A DNA stretch of 64,000 nucleotides, taken from contig NMRA01000121.1 in the NCBI GenBank assembly GCA_002633005.1, positions 630,501 through 694,500 on the forward strand. The letters are read 5' to 3'. The position numbers were made by a program, and so were the translations under genes. Below the pieces are notes generated by a model, which saw nothing but the letters and a program-made list of their open reading frames with translations, was not told the DNA's origin and searched no databases. How positions within the stretch are numbered: the first letter of the stretch is position 1; the number at the start of each line of letters is the position of its first letter. The stretch is from Phoronis australis. Taxonomy: Eukaryota > Animalia > Phoronida. Shown here piece by piece: positions 54,501-64,000 of the stretch.

Positions 54501-55994
54501 TTGCGTTAAAAGGGATTCGGTTCTTAAGTCACTGCCTTTCATGAAGCAGGCCCATAGTAAAGTATATGCATACACCTGCAGTTACTTTGGCCACTTTTGC
54601 ACCAGTATTTTAAGCATTGTGAAGCTCCGAAACGCAGTTGCAGTCATGATCTTATATTAAAAAGTATAACTGCACCACAAGATCGACACAAATTGACTGG
54701 AGAGTTTTCTCCCCGCAGTACAGCGCCATTTTATGTATTGCAGTAATGTCTTTCACAATAAACGACTCTACTCGTTCGTTAAAGACTTTGGCCCCCAATG
54801 GCCACAGACTCGCAAAGACAATTAACTGAAAGCGTGTCTGAATGCAATTTTACACATTGAATAGAAATATTCACTAATTTAACATCGCGTTTGAAGACAA
54901 AGATTTTACGTCGCTATTAATTTCTTCTACTGCATACTACACGGTCTGACACTGACTCCATTGAAAGTCACAAGCGAACAGTTCCATCGAGGAATACACA
55001 CGTGTTCTTTTGATATAAAAATGACCTAAATTAATTTTCCACCACTTTCCCAGTCGCTACCTCTTACTGTCGTATCAGTATACAATTCGGGTGGGAAAAA
55101 TGGCCGCCAAGGCATGAGATGGGAAGTATAGATCGTTGTCCGGTGGAAGTAAGGAGCCCGGCTATATTCATTGAACACCGACTCGAGCACTACGCGCCAC
55201 ACACACGGGCCGATTTTCTAGCTGGCTTCACGTGGTCATCAGTGCCTCTGCCGACTCATAGCGATTTCATTCCGGATCAATGAAGGCGGTGTAACCCTAA
55301 GTTCCTCCGCTGCAGCCACAGTGGTCATGAGAATCTGGACGACAGCGGCCAGGTGGACTAATTCATGAGATCAGCACTGAGACAAACAACTTTGTTTCGG
55401 CCCGTTCATTTAAAAAGACTGCGAAAGACACCAACGGAGTATGTTCTCCCGAAAATCGGTTGTGAGACTTCTGTTTCATGTCATTTCAGTCGATCAAAGT
55501 TTGTGAAAGATCTCTGAGATTAGTAGGCCAAAGGAGAGACCATGATTTTCACGCCGGCGCGGGTTTGGAGCTACTTCCGATTCGACGTCTGGCGTAGGGC
55601 CTACTCCGGGTGCAATGCAAGTTTCGCCTTTTCCAACGAGTGCAGTGACCGTTTCATGCCGCTCCGGAAAGGTTGTACCATAGACATCTTATACTGTGAT
55701 GTCTATAGGTTGTACGTTCTTAATGACGGATTGGTCTCGCTGCAATTAAGATGGTTCTGGCAGAGTGTGCGTCCTCGATCTTTGCCGGTGTTAACAGAGT
55801 CCGAAGTTGAAGTCAAACTAATGTCTGGTGAGCACGTCCATGTCATTTTATGGAGGCTCAGATCGAGCCCAAAATTGAAATTTCGGGAGATTTACTTGCG
55901 TTTTATGCCAAATGTAGTTGTGGACACGTGTAACGTCAGCATCCAATCACGCCATTTGGTTTTCTCAATTATTGGCATTTTGCCATGAAGCGGA

Positions 55995-56222
55995 GTGCGC
56001 ATGTTCAAGTCTCAAATGAACTGTTTTCTGATTGGTTGGAATTTGGCGCAAACATGTTCATTATTATGTTCATGACGTAGGTGATATTGGTCACGTGATT
56101 GATAGCCGCCATTTTACTTCATCCAGTTGCCTTGTCTGTGATAGGCTGAAAATTTTGTGCCGAAAAACTGGAATTTCTGTGATTTTTGATTGTTTTGTAA
56201 CCACCAACTGTCGTCTGTGAGT
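55995..56222 (+). promoter_or_regulatory. Putative TATA-less housekeeping-type promoter and first non-coding exon of a + strand gene
   Basis: Cluster of TGCGCATG (NRF1-like), ATTGG x2 (56031, 56086), TTTGGCGC (E2F), GTCACGTGA (56090) and GCCGCCATTTT (YY1, 56105), followed by a donor gtgagt at 56217. Confidence 0.45.
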
Positions 56223-56879
56223 ATAGTTGCATCGTTTGCAATTTTCCAAAGACATTTAAGGATTCTTTGTTTGAAAATTACGCGCGAAAATCTTACACGA
56301 TGTTTCGTCTGTAGTGCCTAGACCCTAGAGGTCGCTGATAACTTTGTTTCCACCGGCAAATGCTTGCAGCTTTTGATTAAAAAGGGAGGATTTTCCTTAA
56401 TTATGTGCCGTGGTTTTACCTGTCGAGTAAAAGGGCTAACTTTGTAAATATTCAATATATTTGTGGTGCCTCTCTGTGGAATCTAGCGATACACTGTTCG
56501 AACAACACCACACGTGAAATCGGACTCTAGGAAAGAATTGAAGAACAATGAAACTTGTTGAACTTGGTAAAAACGAATATAATTAGATCAACTGTTAGCC
56601 AAAACATGTTTGGATCCAGGGTTGGTTTACAGACTGCTGTCAACCTTGTAATGAAAAGCAGGCTGTCACTGCATCCCTGTCCTGGTAATTGATCTGCTCT
56701 CTCATATAATGTGGTGACCTTTTTCTCGTCTGGACTGAGCCGACCTGGGTCTAACTCGAAGCTTCTAGTGCCAGTGGACAGTTTCACTGTTTGAGGCTGT
56801 GAACCTTGTTTTGGGACAGTAATATTCCCAACGCTAACAAAACTCCCATAATCAGACTTTTTTTCTCGAGCAGTCCTTT

Positions 56880-56997
56880 GTTCAATTGCCAAATCGGCAA
56901 CTGGCCATTTTTAACACGGCTAGTGCTCCTGACTCGGGCAGTAAAAGTAGGAGCACTCATTGTTAAAATGGCCAGTTGCCGATTTGGGCAACTGAAC
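56880..56997. repeat. Short foldback element (~37-bp inverted arms)
   Basis: gttcaattgccaaatcggcaactggccatttttaaca ... tgttaaaatggccagttgccgatttgggcaactgaac. Confidence 0.75.
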
Positions 56998-58065
56998 TAA
57001 AGGCTAATTTAAAATAAAGTTTGATTACGGGCGTATTTGTCCGAGATGTAAAGAATTAGTAGCATCAACAACCTCCTAAGATGTTTCTCGATGCGCAAAA
57101 GGTGGATATGACAACTTGACTTCGAGGTTTCAATCAGTGTGAGGCATAATTCGCTGAAAGGCTTCCTGCGTATGAAGCGCCTATTCAGGGCTCGACATAA
57201 CGAGCTGCGGGCTGCATTTGCGAGCTGAGATTTTTGTTAGCTCATATCAAGTCGCAAAATGCGACCTGAAATTTCCAACGAATGCGAGCTGATTTTTTTC
57301 ACTTCTCGACAGATACCTGACAAATATGAAGCAACTCTTGTTAATATGACCGTTATTTGGTTGTTGCCAAATCCAAGTTCAAACAAATGCTGAGAACAGC
57401 CGTCCCGATGACTTGTAAGCAAGTCGCGTGAACATGGGATATGCAGAATCGATCTTTGACGCGTTTCATTGGCTAACATTTTCTGCCAACTTTGCAAATT
57501 TCCGATTCGCCAAAGAAAGTTTCTGCCACTGCATAACACGTGAAAAAACGTCACAGAACAGCGGTGTTTCTACTAATTCTTAAGAGATCAACTTACCAAA
57601 CTTTGTGGTGGACAAATATTATGTTTATTTTTCGCGTAAGATGTCCTCATTACATGTACCAAATATCCACGACAATATCCCTGATCGCACTGCGGCTTCA
57701 TCTGAAAGTTTCTTAGCGCCACAGACATGAGTGTGAAGTATCAATGTACCCAGTGTCAGTATGTCATGTCCACCAATGCATGAGTTTCTTGTACAAATTT
57801 GTGCCACATCCGTTCTTCCCCAATGTCTTGCGGGAAAGTGAAGAGAGTCGCAGCGTGGACAATACAAATTGCAGGGCTTGGAATTTTCCGCGGAAACGCG
57901 GATTTCCGCTTTTTTCAAATGTTCTGTCCGCGCATATTATATTTCTGTGTAAAAAAAAATCGGATTTGATCAAAAATTTCCGCGGCAAATTCCTTTCTTT
58001 CCGCGGCATTGCAGACGACGTTCCCCTCGAAAAGCGGAAGTTGCTCTTTATGTTTCGGAGGAACG

Positions 58066-59015
58066 TAAACATTGCCGGGGCACCTGGGATTTTCAATGGC
58101 GTCTCGTGTTATTGTAAACTGCGGCGAGAAATACCGGCTGGGTAGTGGACCGACGAGCTAAAAGGACGCATGCTACTGATGGTGGTAACGGTTTTTTTAG
58201 TCCTTCCGATTCTTGTCGGCGAAAGGTTCACATCGAAGGCTGGGTAGCATGCATGATTTGGGCCGTAAAACGTAAAAGTTTCCGCGTTTTTGGTCATTGG
58301 TCATTCCTAGCCCTGAAATTGTTAAAACCATCATAAACACAACGTTTTACCGTCACCTGTCATACCTTTAACCACTGGAAAACTAGCAGCAACATCGCAC
58401 TCAAACATTACAGAGCCGATGACTAGTGCTGTGATAGGTTGTCCCAGTTTTGCGTAGTAAGCATCCATATCGTCAGATAATGTTTGTGGGTGTTCTAATT
58501 TTACAGCTTATCAAATGGTGGGTTTGTTGTTGTNTAAACATTGCCGGGGCACCTGGGATAGCGTGGTGGGATTTTCAATGGCGTCTCGTGTTATTGTAAA
58601 CCGCGGCGAAAAATACCGGCTGGGTAGTGGACCGACGAGCTAAAAGGACGCATGCTACTGATGGTGGTAACGGTTTTTTTAGTCCTTCCGATTCTTGTCG
58701 GGGAAAGGTTCACATCGAAGGCTGGGTAGCACGCATGATTTGGGCCGTAAAACGTAAAAGTTTCCGCGTTTTTGGTCATTGGTCATTCCAAGCCCTGAAA
58801 TTGTTAAAACCATCATAAACACAACGTTTTACCGTCACCTGTCATACCTTTAACCACTGGAAAACTAGCAGCAACATCGCACTCAAACATTACAGAGCCG
58901 ATGACTAGTGCTGTGATAGGTTGTCCCAGTTTTGCGTAGTAAGCATCCATATCGTCAGATAATGTTTGTGGGTGTTCTAATTTTACAGCTTATCAAATGG
59001 TGGGTTTGTTGTTGT
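58066..59015. repeat. ~0.47-kb duplication joined by a single N (likely haplotig overlap)
   Basis: 58066-58533 vs 58535-59015, n at 58534. Copy 2 has a 13-bp insertion and a few SNPs. Confidence 0.9.
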
Positions 59016-59833
59016 TTTTTGATCTTACTGATATAATATTGCACGTGCCCTGCTGAATTTTGCTGCACAGTTTTGACTCCACTCATGTTTATTTCCTGCT
59101 ATATATTGAGCGTGTGCTCGAATGTGTGCATGACTACTTGGAATTTCAACCTGGTCGCATTAACTTAGTAGACAATCAAAATTTCAGCATGGTCCTACAG
59201 AATTAAATGTATGTTCCTTCTCATAATCAAAAAGCACTGCTCCGAAGTACGTCTGTATGAAGTAAACTAGAATACCTGATAATTACAGTTCACAGTCTGC
59301 AAATGAAAGGTGTCAAGGTCACTATGTGTACTGCACCCTAGAGACGATAGTGGTGGGAAAGTTAGCGAGCAGCTTCGTCTACTCTGGAAAGGTACTCTTA
59401 ATAATGTTCAAGGAAAAAGGTTGCATATTTCGTGAGTGTGACATTGTGTCTCAGGGCTCGACCCATAGCTTCACTCCATGTCACCAAATGCGACTTCGCA
59501 AAAATGTTAGCTGATGTCGCAGTCGTTGACCTGACAAGAAATTTTCTTACTCTGTTCTCAAAAGATTGCACGTTCCTCTTCCATTTCTCCCCCCAATAAA
59601 ATGTACCATTCTATTTCTAAGTCAATTCCTGCGACGATCGGGTACACTGCAGGCGCATTTCATGATCTGATCTTGCCCGATTTTAGTCGAACAGTTCCGA
59701 CTTCTGTCTGTTTACTTTCTGTTGTAACTTTACGGTGTGTTTGGAAGTCACTACAAATTTTGAAACGAATTTTGAGGGAATTATTGTAGAACTTTGATAG
59801 CCGCTGTTGCGGTTTGGGATTTTCCCATGTCAC

Positions 59834-60143
59834 CAAACACAACGTGAAGTCGTAGACCTGCAGGTTGTCAACACAATGTAAAGTCGTGGTCCTGCAGGTT
59901 GTCAACACAATGTAAAGTCGCCGTCCTGCAGGTTGCCAACACAATGTAAAGTCGCCGACCTGCAGGTTGCCAACACAATGTAAAGTCGTGGACCTGCAGG
60001 TTGCCAACACAATGTAAAGTCGTGGTCCTGCAGGTTGTCAACACAATGTAAAGTCGCCGACCTGCAGGTTGCCAACACAATGTAAAGTCGCCGACCTGCA
60101 GGTTGCCAACACTATGTAAAGTCGCGGACCTGCAGGTTGCCAA
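59834..60143. repeat. Minisatellite, 9 x 34 bp
   Basis: CCTGCAGG recurs at 59857, 59891, 59925, 59959, 59993, 60027, 60061, 60095 and 60129. Confidence 0.95.
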
Positions 60144-61754
60144 TTCAAGCACTGTCTGGTAAAATCTCGACAATTTTAAACAAATGTGATCTGTTCTCGT
60201 TTTTCAGGCACATCTAACTTTGTAAATCCCTCAGTGTCTAAAAACGCCTTATGGTAGGTACGATAATTGAAATTAAAAACCATAAAGCATATAGAAATTA
60301 ATTTTTACTCTTTTGCCACTTTGTGTCCTAAATTGACCATCACCAGGACGGCTTCAGTGTTTCCCCTGGGTTTTGGAAGGAGCGTGGTGGTGAATGGCCA
60401 AAAAGGGGTGCAAAGCCCGTTGCCGCACACGAATATGAGAAATGGGATTCCCCTATTTTCTTTCTTGTATGGTAATTCGATATAAAGAATGGTAATGGAG
60501 CTCGATTTGGTGACCTGTAACTTGCTAATGCTACCCTCAGTTTTGTTTGGCAACCTGATAAGAACTGCCAAACAGCGGCCACACATCCAAGCAAGCACTC
60601 AAAATAGCACCAAGTAAACAGGCGAGAGTAAGAATTGTTTAGCAAAACCACAAGGATCTGTCCTCAACACATGCACAGACAATGTGTTTTGATCATCTGC
60701 TTTCTCTAGACAAGATAGAAGCCTGGGCTGAGGGGTGAAATTGGTTGTCATCGAGCAGATGATGTGATCCTAATTTTTCCTATGGTTAAAAAGTGGTGTC
60801 TTAGCGTTCTCAGGTGTTCCAGTGATAACTGTGTCATTTGTGGAGGACACGACTTTCACACCCTTGCCTGTGCGGTTTCCTTGTTTTGGCCAGCTCATTT
60901 TTCATTTAGTGGCCAAACAATTTGCCAGGTTGCATTTGGGTAATTGACATTATGCGAAGTGTTGAGCCCTGAGTAATTACTAAAGTACTTGCAGTATGCA
61001 TTGACTGCAAATAATATATACAAGTCAAAACAGGTAATGTGACCTGTTTTTGCAACTTACACATAATATGTATTATAAGTCTTAGTGGTGAGTAGTTAAA
61101 TTTGAGGGAGTATGCATCATTTTTTTATTAAAACTTGAAGAAACGAAATTTGCTTCATAAATTTGTGTGGAAAATAACTCTACTCAGAGCAATAACGAAC
61201 ATTTTTCAGTCGTCTTTCATTAACATTCACAATTGTCACATTGCTTTGATCAAATCTTACTGCCGTCCTACCTAATGTTAGAAACAACTCCAGTCATTCG
61301 CTCACTTCATTCTACTTCGGCTGCTGTATATATCTAGCAAACATTGTGATGTTCTTGTTAAAATGGCTAAGCGTTGCCAAGTGATCCCTCTGCTTATGAT
61401 ACCACAAGATGTGATCCCCGATGGCGTCCATTTGCAGTTACACTTATAATGGTAACCCAATCGATGATCCTCATTCCTGTTCAGTGATCCGGTAACTAGC
61501 AGTGTCGGTGTTCTGGCTACCAGTGATCCTTTGATTAGCGGATCCTGGCGCCTTTTACTTCCAGCTCAACTAATCAATCAGCACCAAAAAAAGTTTCAAC
61601 AAAGTTGGCTAGCTACCTGTTTACAATTTTTTGAAAAAGGGCACGCTTCATCAACAAGTGTGTCCAAAGGGCACAGATTTAACTCTGGTTACCTGTAGTG
61701 TATATATATTGTTGCTTCTTAACACATTCTTATTGTTTTCTATTTTGTTTTTAG

Positions 61755-61833
61755 ATGACGAGTATGGAAGTGGACAGATGTCTTGATAGTACACCTGTAA
61801 ATGGATTGACCAGTAGCAGTTGTCCAGATACAG
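61755..61833 (+). CDS. Probable coding exon of an unidentified gene continuing beyond the window (MTSMEVDRCLDSTPVNGLTSSSCPDT)
   Basis: Strong polypyrimidine tract ttttctattttgtttttag, only one open frame, CAG|gtatag donor. No recognisable domain. Confidence 0.4.
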
Positions 61834-62133
61834 GTATAGCTAGGGATAGAGGTGTTGTTCAGTCATGCAATTATTTGGGTTCAACAACACAACTGCTTGG
61901 TTGACATGTGTGACCTGAGTCGGAGCTCCTTTGAGAATTTTGTGAATAACGTACATGTAAAACATCGTCCCTGGCATAAACTATAAACAACTTTCACGAA
62001 TCACTGCCTAGTCTTTTATTGTGATATTGTGGTTTACCTGAATCTGTACAAAAACATGCATGCATCCTGGTCTTTTGTTCTTAGTGTTGTTCAAATTACA
62101 AAACACTCGGCAGGAATATTAAGCGTATAGTCC

Positions 62134-63413
62134 TTTTTATGCGCCCACATACTTATATGTGGTCACATATTGCCGTCATCTCTGTCTGGGCATCCGGCAT
62201 CCGCGGCTGTATCTCCTAAGCCCTTTGCAGGATCTTATTGAAATGTGGCAAGAGTGTTCCTATGGGGTTGACGACAGAGGGCGACGAGTTTCGGAACGAC
62301 CCGAATACCACTGTGCCCCCTAGTGGCAATTTTAGTTTTTTAAATTTGCCTCTGTGTCTTCAAAGGTCCTCAACTAATTTTCGTGAAATTTGGTACATAG
62401 GCATCTATTAATGAGTTACTCTATCCTCTTGTTTCCGGATAGATTTCAAGGCATTTTGTGCCATCTAGTGGCCATGTTTACTGTTTTTGAGTCGTTTCTT
62501 TAGCGTCTGCCCTCTAACAACCAAACCACTTTAAGGATTTTGAAAATTGGCATGTATGTTTTTACTATGAGGAAGACAGTTGACGATCATTTTCCGACGA
62601 CTTCGACTACTGTGGCACCTCCTAGTGACAGTTTTGTTTGTTTTTGCGCCCATGGCTGTATCTCTTAAATGTTCAACAGGATCTTTATTAAATTTAGCAA
62701 ATTTATTTATATCAAGTTTACAGCGGATGACAACAACTTTTGGACAGATTGGTGTAACGGTGTGCCCCCTAGTGGCAGTTTTAGTTTTTTACGTTTACCT
62801 CTGTATCTTCAAAGGTCCTGAACGGATTTCCATAAAATTGGGCACATAGACATCTATTAGTGACAGGACGCTATCCTCCCGTTTTGGGATGGATTCGTAG
62901 TTTGTGCCACCTGGTGGCCATTTTTGATTTTTGAGTCTGTTTTTTGGCGTGTCCCTCTGTTGACCAAACCACTCTAAGGATGATTGTGAAAGTTGGCATG
63001 TATGTTCTTTCTATGAAGTTACGGTTGGCGATGATTTTCCGATGACTTCGAGTACTGTGGCGCCTCCTAGTGGCGGTTTTGTTTTTTTTGCACCTATTCC
63101 TGTATCTCCTAAGCCCTCTGCAGGATCTTTATTAAATTTAGCAAATGTATTTATATGAAATTAACAAGAGAAGACTACGACTTTTAAACAGATCCAACGA
63201 ACACTGTGCCCCCCTAGTGGCAATTTCATTTCTGAAGTTCCTCGATGAATTTTAATGAAATTTGGTAAATGGCTTTCTTTTAAAGAAGCGATGACATTTC
63301 AGACGGATTCGACGTAGTTTGCGCCATCTAGTGGCCATTTCAAACAAAACCCTAAAAACACCATTTGCGATACATTCGTGGGTGCATTTCAACGCTCCGC
63401 TTTGCTCTTGTTT
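62134..63413 (+). mobile_element. Helentron-associated (HINE/DINE-1-like) non-autonomous element with internal ~150-bp tandem repeats (best-preserved copy)
   Basis: Starts in a T-run with subTIR ATGCGCCCAC plus a short inverted repeat, then a (CATCCG)-type microrepeat and tandem monomers. Ends with the reverse subTIR GTGGGTGCAT, the imperfect hairpin AACGCTCCGCTTT and CTTGTTT. Confidence 0.7.
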
Positions 63414-64000
63414 AAATTCACACGATTGTCACATATTTTGGGACCCACTTCTTCACTTGTAAATTGATGCCAGTCGCTGTGCAACATTGCACTCATCTGC
63501 GCACTATGTTAAAACAAGGTCACCGACACCGAGTTCACTTAGCCCCCAACGAGGTCACGGGATCAGAATCACTTGTAAACAAACTCCACTTGTATTTGAC
63601 TCAGCGTCAAAGAAATAAGTAAATAGCAAAGAATTACTAAAGATATATTTGTGATGTTTACATCATCTAAAAGAGGTACTTATGCTTTAATAATATATGT
63701 GAAAATACCATTTAGTTTCAAATATTCTTGGGCTGTGGTCTGTTTTTGCAACTGAGTTTATCCGTTGCTTGAGGATTTTTAGATGACTTAATTTAATATT
63801 GATCAACCCTTGTGTCTGTGCTGTGTGTGATGTACATAGTGGGTGCATATCAATGCTATGTTGCTCTTGTCTTCTATTTCACTACTGTATTTGCCTGTAT
63901 GTGAAGCTAGGCTGTAGTGTACTCCGTGTGTATATTCAAACATGGTGTTGTTCCAAATTCAAAAACTTAGTGTTATTGCTTTACGAAGCACGTGAGTACT

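Noticed and set aside
55542-55988. 148-aa ORF
   Set aside because: No recognisable domain or splice structure; composition is not protein-like.
56527-56892. 121-aa minus-strand ORF
   Set aside because: Begins inside a foldback element and has no recognisable motif.
59834-60143. CRISPR-like array (regular palindromic repeats)
   Set aside because: Units are head-to-tail with no unique spacers, no cas genes, and the context is eukaryotic. The repetitive ORFs 59660-60173 are by-products of the repeat.
1-64000. tRNA/rRNA genes, prokaryotic operons or defence systems
   Set aside because: No cloverleaf, rRNA-like sequence or long intronless ORFs seen; the gene structure is spliceosomal.

Overview
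Eukaryotic (bilaterian invertebrate-like, AT-rich, GT-AG intron-containing) draft-assembly window, so most ORF-track entries are noise. By hand I reconstructed: (1) the last exon of one SLC22/Orct-type MFS transporter (6626-6856, +); (2) a complete 9-exon tandem SLC22 paralog (12602-37821, +, 559 aa, all exon phases compatible); (3) a convergent gene with 8 coding exons for an ESE-subfamily ETS factor (ELF3/EHF/ELF5-like: PNT + AT-hook + ETS, 48990->44701, -, 426 aa) whose promoter has TATA/Inr-like, NF-kB, C/EBP, CRE-like and twin CCAAT motifs; (4) a probable housekeeping-type promoter near 56.0-56.2 kb and an orphan exon at 61755-61833 (+). Repeats include CR1/L2-type LINE remnants, several MITEs (one family with 5-bp TSDs), minisatellites and three haplotig-overlap duplications at N gaps. 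The most striking observation is a Helentron/HINE(DINE-1)-like element, present in about 4 copies, whose internal ~150-bp tandem monomers (3-monomer higher-order repeat in the best copy) mostly carry a near-consensus CTCF motif in one orientation.
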